From an uncultured Pseudomonadota bacterium (GTDB lineage Bacteria > Myxococcota_A > Polyangia > Fen-1088), in contig CAWKBC010000021.1 of the NCBI GenBank assembly GCA_963847705.1, positions 160,001 to 224,000 of the forward strand: a stretch of DNA of 64,000 nucleotides, written 5' to 3'. Both the position numbers and the translations under genes were made by a program. Positions 30,598 through 39,868 of the stretch are shown here, piece after piece; position 1 is the first letter of the stretch; each line of letters begins with the position of its first letter. Below the pieces are notes generated by a model, which made no database searches, was not told the origin of the DNA, and saw only the letters and a program-made list of their open reading frames with translations.

Positions 30598-32555
30598 CTC
30601 AGTCCGTAGGCGTACGGGTAGAGCGGGTTGTAGTTGGCGTCGCCGACGTTGATGGGGATCTGCGCCATGCTGTTGGGCCAGGTGCGGGGGAGCTTGCCGG
30701 TCGGATGCACGTCGCCGAAGAGCACGTCGGTCACGCCGGCCCCCTCGGTGCCGGGCAGCCAGGCGACCACGATCGCGTCGGCGATCGGCAGGATCTGATC
30801 GAGGATCAGCGGGCGGCCGGTCACCAGCACGACCACGGTCTGGAGGCCCGCGCTCTTCATCTTTTGGACGACCGCCACGTCGGCGCTGTCCACCTCCAGC
30901 GTCGTCGGCCGGTTGCTGCAGGAACTCCCGCCCTGTGGGTTGGGGATGTCGCCGCACCCCTCTGAATACGGCGTCTCACCGATGACGGCGATGCCGACGG
31001 TCGACCCGTTGCCGGTCGCCGAACCGTCCAGCGCGTAGTTCACGCGCGCGGTCGTCAGCACGTTCTGCAGCGCCGCCCGAATGGTGGTCCCGCCGGTCGT
31101 CACGTTGCCGCTCATCCCCTGCCAGGTGACGGTCCAGCCGCCGCACTGGTTGCCGATGTTGTCGGCGGTCTTGCCGCCGAGCGCGACGCCCGGGACGGAC
31201 TTCGACAGCGGCAACACGCCGCCGTCGTTCTTGAGGACCACCACCGACTCCGCCACCGCCTGCCGCGCCACCGCCCGGTGCGCGGCCGAGCCGACCGCCG
31301 CGGTCAAGGTCCGGTCGACCAGCCGCTGCGTGCCGTCGAGCAGCCCCATCTCGCACTTGACGACCAGGATCCGCCGGGCGGCGTCGTCGATGCGGCTCTG
31401 CGGGACCGTGCCGGGAACCAGCGGGCGCACCATCGACAGGAAGGATGAGGCGCTGGGCCCGAACGTCATGACCATGTCGACGCCGGCGTTCAGGCAGGGC
31501 CCCAGGGTCACGCCGTTCGTGGTGCAGCCGTTGTAGTCCGAGCCGACGAACCCGGCGAACCCCAGCTGCCCCTTGAGCACGTCGGTGATCATCGTGGTGT
31601 TCATGTGCATCCGCGTCCCCTGCCAGCTGCTGTAGGAGGCCATGATCGACCCCACGCCGGCGCTGACCGCCGCCTGGTAGGGCGTCAGGTGCAGCGCGCG
31701 CAGCGTCGTCTCGTCGCCCGAGGTGTCGCCCTCGTTGATGCCGTTCAGGGTCCCGCCGTCGCCCAGGTAGTGCTTGGCGTTGGCCAGCACCGTGAACGGC
31801 CCGCCCAGCTTCTGAAACCCGTTGATGTAGGCGACCCCCATCGCGGAAGGGAGCTCGGGCGTCTCGCCGAACGACTCGTAGGTGCGCCCCCAGCGCTCGT
31901 CGCGGGCGACCGCCACCACCGGCGCGAACGGAAAGTCGGCCCCGGAGCCGGTGGCCTCTTCCGCGACGGCGGTCGCGACCTGCTCGACCAGGGCGACGTC
32001 GCGCGTGGCGCCGAGCCCGATGTTGTGCGGGAAGACAGTGGCCCCCTTCACCGGTCCGACGCCGTGCACGACGTCGAGGCCGTAGATGATCGGGATCTTG
32101 AGGCGGCTGGAGAACGACGCCGTCCGAAACCCGTCGACCATGTCGGCCCACCCGGTGGGCGTGTTGGTGGCGGGGGCCGAGCCCCCCTGGCTGTAGACGG
32201 AGCCGACGCCGTAGGTGGTGATGTCCGACGCGCTGACGTTGGCGCGCTCGATCTGCTGCATCTGCGCCAGCTTCTCGTCGGAGGTCATGGTGGCGAGGAG
32301 CGCGCTGGCCTTGTCCAGGCAGGCCTGGGTCGGGAAGACGCGCGCGGTGCCGGCGTCGGGGGTGCCGAGCGCGCCTGCCACGTTGCCGGTGCCGGAGTAG
32401 CCGCCGTCGAGCGGCGGAATGTAGTACCCGCCGGCGCCGGTGGAGCCGCCGGTGCTGCCACCGCTCCCGCCCTGCCCGGCGGGTTTGGACGCGCAGGCGA
32501 TCGGGAGGGACGCCGAAAGAAGGACCAAGGGAAGGACCAAGCCAGGACGCGACAT
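30591..32555 (-). CDS. glycoside hydrolase family 3 beta-glucosidase lipoprotein
   Basis: DVVHG, FPHNIGLGA, RWGRTYES, AKHYLGDG, GSDY, AWLPGTEG. Confidence 0.93.
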   Translation of the reverse strand: MSRPGLVLPLVLLSASLPIACASKPAGQGGSGGSTGGSTGAGGYYIPPLDGGYSGTGNVAGALGTPDAGTARVFPTQACLDKASALLATMTSDEKLAQMQQIERANVSASDITTYGVGSVYSQGGSAPATNTPTGWADMVDGFRTASFSSRLKIPIIYGLDVVHGVGPVKGATVFPHNIGLGATRDVALVEQVATAVAEEATGSGADFPFAPVVAVARDERWGRTYESFGETPELPSAMGVAYINGFQKLGGPFTVLANAKHYLGDGGTLNGINEGDTSGDETTLRALHLTPYQAAVSAGVGSIMASYSSWQGTRMHMNTTMITDVLKGQLGFAGFVGSDYNGCTTNGVTLGPCLNAGVDMVMTFGPSASSFLSMVRPLVPGTVPQSRIDDAARRILVVKCEMGLLDGTQRLVDRTLTAAVGSAAHRAVARQAVAESVVVLKNDGGVLPLSKSVPGVALGGKTADNIGNQCGGWTVTWQGMSGNVTTGGTTIRAALQNVLTTARVNYALDGSATGNGSTVGIAVIGETPYSEGCGDIPNPQGGSSCSNRPTTLEVDSADVAVVQKMKSAGLQTVVVLVTGRPLILDQILPIADAIVVAWLPGTEGAGVTDVLFGDVHPTGKLPRTWPNSMAQIPINVGDANYNPLYPYAYGLSY

Positions 32556-32558
32556 CGC

Positions 32559-33044
32559 TCAAATGTACACCCTGGGATCCGTCAGGGGGCGGGTCGCGGA
32601 CAGTCGGGAGCCAGCGCGCATGGGGACCTCCTTGAACGTGACGTGGATGCTCTCCGCGCTGCGTGGAGCCTTGGCGTCCGCCGTGCGGACCGTCCCGTCG
32701 GGTGCGAACGCCCTTGCGATGCTGCCGCGATCCTCGACCTCGCGGACCGAGTCCCCGAACGCGCCCCACAGATCGATGTGAGGGCGCCGCGCTTCGACCG
32801 TGATCGCCAGCGGCGCGATCCGGTGCAGGTAGAGGTGCTACGGCACGTTCGCCAGATCGGCGCCGTGGTTCCGCGGCATGTCGCCGATCGCGACCGCGAC
32901 GAGAATCAGCAGCGAGCCGAGGCAACCTACGCGCCCGCGCGGCCGGGGCGGCGGATCGACGGGCCGGTCTCGCATGGGGCGTATTTTCGTCGAGGCGGGG
33001 GGGGGCGTGTCGAGGCGGGGCCGCGATGTCATTGCCATCGTCAT
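32559..33044 (-). pseudogene. hypothetical ORF coupled to the kinase, interrupted by in-frame TAG at 32838-32840
   Basis: ATG overlaps kinase stop (ATGA); frame stays open with GC3 bias for about 90 codons after the TAG. Confidence 0.45.
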
Positions 33045-34915
33045 TGACACGGCACGCCCGGGGTCTCCTGGACGATCAGCGCCCATCTCCCCTTCCGCCC
33101 AGCCACTGCCTGACAGACGGTTGCTCCGCGCGCCTCCAGCTCTTGCACCCTCTGTCGGAGACTGGGATCGACCTTCTTGCTCATCGCCACGCTTCGGCTC
33201 CCGACGATCATCCACTCGCCGCTCGGCCCAACGCTCACGTCGACGATACGACCATCCGACGAAGCCCTCGACACGGCATCTTGGAGCTCACGGCCATCCT
33301 CGTTCATGACCGTGGCGTGACCGTCAGCGTACACGGAGACGGAAGGCGATCCCGAGAGATCCCCGTCGGCGTCGTCAGGGACAATTTCGAACAGCTTCAG
33401 GTATGAAGAACCGTCGGCGGCCCGAGCCGAAAAGACGTCCTCCGGAAAACTCTCGCTCCTGAACAGCCTGCCGTCAGACGTCAGGATCAACCACGAGCCA
33501 TCCACGGCGAGCTCTGGACGCACGATGGTCTTCAGCTGTTCCCTGTCGCTCATGTGAGCCACGAAGGCCGCTGGAAGGTGCGCCGACTTCGACATCGTGC
33601 GATCCGACCAGAACAGGAACCACTCGCCGTCCGACGGAAGGTCGAGTGCTCCGTGGGTGAGGACGGCCTTCTTCGATAAGCCCTCGTTCAACGCCTTCAG
33701 CGCACCCTCGGGGAAGCCCGGCGCAGCCACCACCGTCAGCGCAGATTCCTTCACCGATGACACCGCGGCGGCGGGCGCCATCGGCTGGGGCGCATGAACG
33801 GCGACCAGCGAGGCTGTTGCAGGCGTCGGACCTCTGGCGACCACCGAGGCCGTTGCGGGCGTCGGACCGGAGACCGCGCGACCTCTGAGAAAAATGAGTC
33901 CCAGCACGACGGCCGCCGCCAGAGCGGGGACCGCCAGGCGTGCCCGCGATCGCAGCCGTTTCTGAGGGGCATCTTCGACCTTCGCCGATGATTCCAGCGC
34001 CCGGGCGTACTGGGTCACGGTGCGGGATGACGTCCCGAGAGAGTCCGCCAACCGTCCTTGCCCGCGATACGGTGCTCCAGTCTCCCGGCGCAAATGGTGA
34101 TCCGTCGAAAGCGCTTGAAGCCTTCGACACACCTCCTCGGCATTCTGCGGACGCAGGTCCGGGTTTTCATCGAGACACGAGAGCAGCAGATTCGTGAGCG
34201 CCTCCGGAACACCGCGCCGGAGCAAGCTGGTCCCGACCGGCAGCTCGGAAGATCCTCCGGAGATGCCCGTCTGCCGGGGGTCAGACCGAGGAGGCAATCG
34301 CCCCACGATCATCTCGAACATGATGGCGCCGACCGAGTAGATGTCCGCTGCCGGCGTCACATCCGCCGAGTTCCGCCACTGCTCGAAGGGGGCGTAGGAG
34401 ATGTTTCCGACGAAGTCCCCTGTCTGAGTCAGCTCACTTCCCGTGACCTTGGCAACGCCGAAATCGAGGAGCTTGATGGTTCCATCATTGAGGATGAAGA
34501 TGTTCGAGGGTTTCAGATCCCGGTGAACGATGCCGCGCGTGTGAGCCAGGGCCAGCGCATCCGTCACGGGGATCATCACGCTCATGACCTCTCCGAGCGA
34601 GTAACGACCGTTTGCACGGCTGCCGTTCAACTCTTTGAGGGTCTGACCAAGCAGGAGCTCCATTGCCATGTACGGCACGTCGCCGTCGATCCCGCAATCG
34701 AGGACACGTACGATCCCGGGATGTTCGAGACTGGCGGTCGCCTGTGCCTCTCGAAGAAATCTTTCTCTGAACACGGGATCCGACTGCGGTTCCAGAACCT
34801 TCACCGCGGCCTCACGGTCGAGGAAGCGATGCCTGGCCTGAAAGACGCCCGCCTGCGCGCCCTTGCCGATCCGACGGCCGAGCAGAAAGTTACCTACGAT
34901 TGCGCCCTCTTGCAT
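33041..34915 (-). CDS. Hanks-type Ser/Thr protein kinase with TM helix and extracellular domain
   Basis: IGKG, AAVK, HRDLKPSN, DFG, DIYSVG. Confidence 0.92.
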   Translation of the reverse strand: MQEGAIVGNFLLGRRIGKGAQAGVFQARHRFLDREAAVKVLEPQSDPVFRERFLREAQATASLEHPGIVRVLDCGIDGDVPYMAMELLLGQTLKELNGSRANGRYSLGEVMSVMIPVTDALALAHTRGIVHRDLKPSNIFILNDGTIKLLDFGVAKVTGSELTQTGDFVGNISYAPFEQWRNSADVTPAADIYSVGAIMFEMIVGRLPPRSDPRQTGISGGSSELPVGTSLLRRGVPEALTNLLLSCLDENPDLRPQNAEEVCRRLQALSTDHHLRRETGAPYRGQGRLADSLGTSSRTVTQYARALESSAKVEDAPQKRLRSRARLAVPALAAAVVLGLIFLRGRAVSGPTPATASVVARGPTPATASLVAVHAPQPMAPAAAVSSVKESALTVVAAPGFPEGALKALNEGLSKKAVLTHGALDLPSDGEWFLFWSDRTMSKSAHLPAAFVAHMSDREQLKTIVRPELAVDGSWLILTSDGRLFRSESFPEDVFSARAADGSSYLKLFEIVPDDADGDLSGSPSVSVYADGHATVMNEDGRELQDAVSRASSDGRIVDVSVGPSGEWMIVGSRSVAMSKKVDPSLRQRVQELEARGATVCQAVAGRKGRWALIVQETPGVPCQ

Positions 34916-35006
34916 CGATGTCCCCGGGGTCGCTGCTCCTGCTGGTGGAAGCGTAGCAGAGACGCCCAGCGTGGCCCGGAGCCCGGCCGTATAGACTCAC
35001 GGGCCT

Positions 35007-35981
35007 GTGTCCGCGCGCCGGCCCCTGCCTCCTTACGATCCCCAGCTGGCCCTCCTCGCGAAATCCGCGCCCGAGGGTGACGGGTGGCTCCACGAGGTCA
35101 AGTTCGACGGCTTCCGGATCGGAGCCGCCGTCGAGCACGGCCGGGCGACGCTGCTTTCGCGGCGCGCGAAGGACTGGACGGCGGAGTTTGCCTCCGTCGC
35201 CGCGGCCGCGGCGCGGCTGGGGGCGAAGAGCGTTTTACTGGACGGTGAGGTTGCCGCCGTCGGGAGTGACGGCCGCACCTCGATGGGCGGGATGCACGAG
35301 GGCTCCAACGGATCCACGATCGCGTACTTCGTCTTCGACTTGATTCACCTCGACGGCGAAGACCTGACCGGGCGGCCCATCGAAGAGCGAAAGGCGCGCC
35401 TCCGGGACCTGCTGGGCCGCGCACCGCCCGTGCCGCTTCGTTATGTCGACCACGTCGTCGGCGGCGGCCCCGCGTTCTTCGAGGAGGCCTGCCTCCACCG
35501 CCTCGAAGGAATCATCTCCAAGGCGGCCGGGTCGACCTATCGCCCCGGCTCCCGGAACGCGACCTGGCAGAAGGTGAAGTGCGTCCTCCGGCAGGAGTTC
35601 GTGATCGGCGGCTACGAGCATTCGACGGTCGGAACCCTGGGCGCGCTCTGGCTCGGCTACTACCTCCCGGACGGCAGCCTGGAGTTCGCGGGGAAGGTCG
35701 GCACCGGTTTTCAGCGCGAGTCGGCCGGTTTGCTGAAGGCGTTCAAGAAGCTGGAACGCGACACCCCCCCGTTCGGTCCGGGGCTACCGACGGGCTTCCG
35801 GGTGCGGGACGCGGTGTGGCTCGAGCCGACGATGGTCTGCGAGGTCGAGTTCATGGAGTGGACCGGGCACGGCCACATCAGGCATCCGTCGTATCAGGGG
35901 CTGCGGCCGGACAAGGAGCCGGGCCAGGTGGTGCGGGAGGTTGCGGGGAAGGTGCCGGTGTTGCCGAAGGGGTTGCGGTAA
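35007..35981 (+). CDS. ligD: ATP-dependent DNA ligase, stand-alone LigD ligase domain
   Basis: HEVKFDGFR, LDGEV, FDL, EGIISK, WQKVK, RHPSYQGLRPDK. Confidence 0.9.
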   Translation: MSARRPLPPYDPQLALLAKSAPEGDGWLHEVKFDGFRIGAAVEHGRATLLSRRAKDWTAEFASVAAAAARLGAKSVLLDGEVAAVGSDGRTSMGGMHEGSNGSTIAYFVFDLIHLDGEDLTGRPIEERKARLRDLLGRAPPVPLRYVDHVVGGGPAFFEEACLHRLEGIISKAAGSTYRPGSRNATWQKVKCVLRQEFVIGGYEHSTVGTLGALWLGYYLPDGSLEFAGKVGTGFQRESAGLLKAFKKLERDTPPFGPGLPTGFRVRDAVWLEPTMVCEVEFMEWTGHGHIRHPSYQGLRPDKEPGQVVREVAGKVPVLPKGLR

Positions 35982-36075
35982 CCACACGACACCAGCAGGC
36001 CCAGATCGCCGTTTCGCGAGCTCATCTGAAGGTCTGGAAGGCGCGGCAGAAGGGATGACAGCTCGCTTTCTCGCT

Positions 36076-36104
36076 TTGACGATATTGGCTTTATCCAATA
36101 TTGT
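36076..36104 (+). promoter_or_regulatory. sigma70 promoter with operator palindrome in the spacer
   Basis: TTGACG-N17-TATTGT; ATATTGG-N6-CCAATAT at 36082-36101. Confidence 0.72.
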
Positions 36105-36125
36105 TATCTGAGTGAGAGATCGACG

Positions 36126-36422
36126 ATGGCGACCAAGTTCAGCGATTTCATGGCTGAGTTGAAGCGCGAGGCGGAGGCGGAGGCGGAGGGGCCCGAGGCG
36201 GTCGCTGAGCTGAAGCACTTTCGCGAGCGCTATCGCCTCGCCCGTCGCTTCGCCGAGGCGCGTCGGAGGCGCGGCTGGACGCAGAAGAAGCTGGCCCAGA
36301 AGACAGGCCTCAACCAGAGCGAGATCTCGACGTTCGAAAACGGTCAGGCGAATCCCACCTACCGGACGCTTCAGACACTCGCAGCGGCGCTGGGTGGGAA
36401 GATCGAGCTGGTCATCGGGTAG
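36126..36422 (+). CDS. XRE-family HTH protein (HigA-like antitoxin)
   Basis: WTQKKLAQKTGLNQSEISTFENGQANPT. Confidence 0.88.
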   Translation: MATKFSDFMAELKREAEAEAEGPEAVAELKHFRERYRLARRFAEARRRRGWTQKKLAQKTGLNQSEISTFENGQANPTYRTLQTLAAALGGKIELVIG

Positions 36423-36487
36423 GGATCGAAGTTCGCGGAGGGATTTGAGGGGGCCTGGTAAAGGGGCCGGCTATAATCGTTCGCGAA

Positions 36488-36718
36488 ATGACGATCCTGC
36501 GCGGGCACGTCGAAGGCGGCCGAGTCGTCCTCGACGAGGAGTGCGATTTGCCGGAAGGGGCGCAGGTCGAGATCGCGGTCCTGAGCGAAGAGGATGAGAT
36601 GACACCGGAAGAGCGGGCGGAGCTCTTGGCCTCGATCGATCGCGGCCTCGACCAGGCGGCGCGGGGCGAAGGAATACTCGCCGAAGAAGTCCTGCGGCAT
36701 CTGCGCTCGCTCGGATGA
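36488..36718 (+). CDS. putative orphan antitoxin (AF2212-like N-terminus, ParD-like C-terminus)
   Basis: GHVEGGRVVLDEECDLPEGAQVEI and SIDRGLDQAARGEGILAEEVL. Confidence 0.6.
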   Translation: MTILRGHVEGGRVVLDEECDLPEGAQVEIAVLSEEDEMTPEERAELLASIDRGLDQAARGEGILAEEVLRHLRSLG

Positions 36719-36921
36719 GATCCCGGCGGCGGCTGGCAGCCGACAACGGCGCGCGCCGCGAATCCGCCTTCAGGACGCGCCGTAGCCCGAGCCAGATCTA
36801 GCCGTCCTGATCTCAGGCAACCCGGCACGCGGTCGGTACGAAAACCGCAGGACTTCACTGCGACGACCGAGTCCGTAGACAGGTGGCCAACGATGTGTAA
36901 TATTTTTGGTACGGGATCTTG

Positions 36922-37305
36922 GTGACCCGTCGAACCCAGCCCGTCCTGGGGGTGCGGTTCTACCGGACGCCGACAGGAGCTCGTCCAGTGCGGGACTGGC
37001 TCTTGTCCCTATCGAGAGAGGTACGACGAGAAATTGGCGCCGACATCGGGAGAGCTCAATGGCAATGGCCGGTGGGAAAACCCCTGGTCGACGGGTTCGG
37101 CGGCGGCCTCTACGAAGTCCGGACGTCGCACGAGGGTGAGCAGTACCGCGTGCTCGTCTACGTCGATGGCGACGCGTTGGTCCTGGTCCACGGCGAGTCA
37201 ACCCGGGGGACGATGGTGCTCGTGCATGGGATTCACAAGAAGACGCAGAGGACGCCGGCCGCGGCGATCGCGCTCGCGCGGAAGCGCATGAAGGAACGGA
37301 CATGA
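36922..37305 (+). CDS. RelE/HigB (Gp49-like) toxin
   Basis: FYRT..G..PVRDWL, GLYEVR, YRVL, LVHGIHKKTQRTP. Confidence 0.88.
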   Translation: MTRRTQPVLGVRFYRTPTGARPVRDWLLSLSREVRREIGADIGRAQWQWPVGKPLVDGFGGGLYEVRTSHEGEQYRVLVYVDGDALVLVHGESTRGTMVLVHGIHKKTQRTPAAAIALARKRMKERT

Positions 37306-37628
37306 AGAGGCAAACCAAGGACGAGCTCGCAGAGATGTTCGAGGAGCTCGGCGAGCTCGAGGAGGTTCGAGCGCTCACGCGGAAGAAGGTCCTCGCCGAC
37401 GGGCTCCGGAAGGCGATGAAGTCGCAGAAGGTCACGCCTGCCGAGATGGCCCGGCGCATGGGGACGAGCCGGCCGACCGTGTACCGGTTGCTCGACCCCG
37501 CGGAGCGTGGGGCGACGCTGGACACCCTGGAACGGGCGTCACTCGCGCTGGGCCTCGATCTCCAGATCAGGCTGGTGCCGGCGGGTAGGCCGAAGGGACG
37601 CCGACAGTCCAGCCGCCGCGCCGCGTAG
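37302..37628 (+). CDS. XRE-family antitoxin (HigA-like)
   Basis: ATGA overlap with toxin; AEMARRMGTSRPTVYRLLDP...TLDTL. Confidence 0.88.
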   Translation: MKRQTKDELAEMFEELGELEEVRALTRKKVLADGLRKAMKSQKVTPAEMARRMGTSRPTVYRLLDPAERGATLDTLERASLALGLDLQIRLVPAGRPKGRRQSSRRAA

Positions 37629-37789
37629 GCGATTGCCCCCGCCTTGCGCCGCGGCTATGCTCGAACTGTGAAGTCAGCGCTCCGGATCGGCCTGTTCGCC
37701 TCCTCGCAGCCGCGCTATTAGCCGCGGCGACGTCGGCGATCCGTCTGTCGAGCGCCAGAGTGAGAGTCGTTTCACGCGAGGAGTGCCCC

Positions 37790-38484
37790 ATGTCCGTCAC
37801 GTCCGTTCCGTCCGTCATCGTCGAGATCCGCGCCGCCGAAGGGGGCGAGGACGCCAAGTCCCTGGTCGACGAGCAGCTGCGCATCTACGCCCGCCGCGCG
37901 CTCCACCACGGTCTTTGACCTGGAGGTCGTCGAGGCGCGGCGGGGCCTCTGCGTCCTGCGCGTGAGCGACCGAGGAGGGGCGCGCGCCGAGCCCCTGTTC
38001 CGCGACGAGGCCGGCGGCCACCGCTGGCAGCGCGTCCCGCGCAACGAGAAGCGCGACCGCGTCCACACCAGCACCATCACCGTCGCCGTGCTCCCCGAGC
38101 CAACGGAGGTGGAGGTGCGCGTCGCGGAGCGGGATCTGGAGTGGTCGACCTGCTACGGCACCGGCCCCGGCGGCCAGAAGCGCAACAAGACCGAGTCGAC
38201 GGTGCTGCTGACGCATCGGCCGTCGGGGTTGCAGGTGCGGTGCGAGACGTCGCGCTCGCAGCAGCGGAACCGGGTCGTGGCGCTGGGGTTGTTGCGGGCG
38301 CGGCTGTGGGCGCTGGAGGCGGCGCGGGTGGGGGAGGCGCGCGCGGCGGAGCGGCGGGGGCAGGTGGGGTCGGGGATGCCGGGGGACAAGCGGCGGACGG
38401 TTCGGGCGCAGGACGGGACGGTGGTGGACCACGTCGCGGGGAGGCGGTGGGAGCTAAGGGGGGTATTTGAGGGGGGCTTGGTAA
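37790..38484 (+). CDS. short RF1-like peptide chain release factor homologue, predicted +1 programmed frameshift
   Basis: RBS GAGGAG; frame A IVEIRAAEGGEDAK...HHGL ends CTT TGA C (37913-37919); +1 frame DLEVV...GGHRWQRVPRNEKRDRVHTS...GPGGQ...RSQQRN...GSG..DH; likely end YLRGAW* needs one G less in run 38458-38463. Confidence 0.85.
37913..37919 (+). other. prfB-type +1 ribosomal frameshift motif CTT-TGA-C
   Basis: Exact motif, in frame, at the junction of two RF-homologous segments. Confidence 0.75.
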
Positions 38485-38553
38485 ATGGGGCGCACTCAGC
38501 TAGAGACGTCGAGGACAGCGAGGGTCCGTTCGCAGTACTATCAGCCCGCCGTT

Positions 38554-39495
38554 GTGAAGGTCTACGTCGCCGTCACCGACAAGGACTGGTTTCAGTTTCT
38601 TGGCCGCCTCAAGGAGCGGCGTGAGGCGGCGGGGGACACGTTAGACGAAGTGAATTTCTGGCAACCCGGGGGAAAGCAGCTCTTCAAGGCGCAGCAGCCT
38701 GGGGATCTCTTCCTCTTCAAACTGCACAGCCCCGACAACTTCATCGTCGGTGGAGGGTACTTCGGGCACGCGTCGCTGCTGCCTGCGCCTCTCGCGTGGG
38801 AGGCCTTCGGGCAGATGAACGGCGCCGTCTCTTTCGATGAGATGCAGATGCGGATCGCGAAGTACCGCCGGATCTCGGACGTCCGCGAGCACTTCACGGT
38901 CGGGTGCATCCTGCTGCAGAGCCCATTCTTCCTGGAACCGTCCCGTTGGATTCCCGCGCCGACGGACTTTCACCTCAATATCGTGCAGGGGAAGGGCTAT
39001 GACGGTTCCTCGTCGGAAATGCAGCGCGTGGTAGCTGCGCTCGGAGCGCCGGGCTTGACCGGGCTGCCGATCGGATTGGCCGAGGTCGATGGACCTATGT
39101 TCGGCGATCCGACGCTGGTTCGTCAGCGCCTAGGCCAAGGAACATTCCGCGTGCTGGTCACGGACACGTACGAACGGCGATGCGCGATCACGCGAGAACG
39201 CACGCTCCCGACGCTCGAAGCTGCTCACATCCTGCCCGTCGGCGAGGGGGGGAGGCACCGCGTGGACAACGGCCTTCTGTTTCGGTCGGATGTGCACCGG
39301 CTCTTCGACGCTGGTTACGTGACCGTCACACCCGACTACCGCTTTCGCGTCAGCAGCAGAATCAAGAAGGAGTTCGAAAATGGGAAGGAGTACTACGCGA
39401 TTGACGACCGGCCGCTGTGGCTTCCTGCCAATCCAGCCCTGCAGCCGAACAAGGAGTTTCTCTCCTGGCACTCGGAGGCGCGATTCGTGGGATAG
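38554..39495 (+). CDS. HNH endonuclease (putative modification-dependent restriction enzyme)
   Basis: VAVTDKDWF...EVNFWQP N-domain; RLGQGTFR, CAIT, LEAAHI, NGLLFRSDVHRLFD; alternative ATG at 38485. Confidence 0.9.
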   Translation: MKVYVAVTDKDWFQFLGRLKERREAAGDTLDEVNFWQPGGKQLFKAQQPGDLFLFKLHSPDNFIVGGGYFGHASLLPAPLAWEAFGQMNGAVSFDEMQMRIAKYRRISDVREHFTVGCILLQSPFFLEPSRWIPAPTDFHLNIVQGKGYDGSSSEMQRVVAALGAPGLTGLPIGLAEVDGPMFGDPTLVRQRLGQGTFRVLVTDTYERRCAITRERTLPTLEAAHILPVGEGGRHRVDNGLLFRSDVHRLFDAGYVTVTPDYRFRVSSRIKKEFENGKEYYAIDDRPLWLPANPALQPNKEFLSWHSEARFVG

Positions 39496-39504
39496 GGTCG
39501 GCCC

Positions 39505-39849
39505 ATGACACCCCTCGACGAGCTTCGCGGAGAGCTTCGAGCTTTCGTAACGGCACGCGACTGGGAACAGTTCCACGACCCGAAAAATCTGGCCATGCTG
39601 GTGGCGTCAGAAGCCGGGGAGCTGGTGGCGGAGTACCGATGGATCCGAAGCGACGAGGCGGACGCTCACTCTCGCGAGCCGGCAACGCGCGAACGGATTG
39701 CAGCGGAGGTAGCCGATGTGGGGATCGGACTGCTGCTTCTATGCGAAAGGATCGGGTTGGATCTGGTGGAGGTGATGCGGGCGAAGGTGGCTAAGAATGC
39801 CGAGCGGTATCCGGCGGAGGCGGCGCGGGGACGGGCGGAGCGACCATAG
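39505..39849 (+). CDS. MazG-like nucleotide pyrophosphohydrolase (dCTPase-like)
   Basis: RDWEQFHDPKNLAM...EAGEL...EVADV...KNAERYP. Confidence 0.92.
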   Translation: MTPLDELRGELRAFVTARDWEQFHDPKNLAMLVASEAGELVAEYRWIRSDEADAHSREPATRERIAAEVADVGIGLLLLCERIGLDLVEVMRAKVAKNAERYPAEAARGRAERP

Positions 39850-39868
39850 GGTGGAGTGACGAGAGTCT

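Noticed and set aside
32838-32840. Pyrrolysine or recoded UAG
   Set aside because: No pyl genes here and many genes in the window end in TAG
37736-37767. Third WYL box upstream of the RF-like gene
   Set aside because: TGTCGA-N10-GAGAGT lacks the TA of the -10 element and the palindrome spacing is off by one
38457-38470. Second programmed frameshift (AGGGGGGTATTTGA resembles the E. coli prfB context)
   Set aside because: No CTT codon and TGA is not in the reading frame; better explained as a G-run indel
37790-38484. Calling the gene prfA, prfB or prfH
   Set aside because: Lacks domain 1, has neither PxT nor SPF, no adjacent rtcB or prmC
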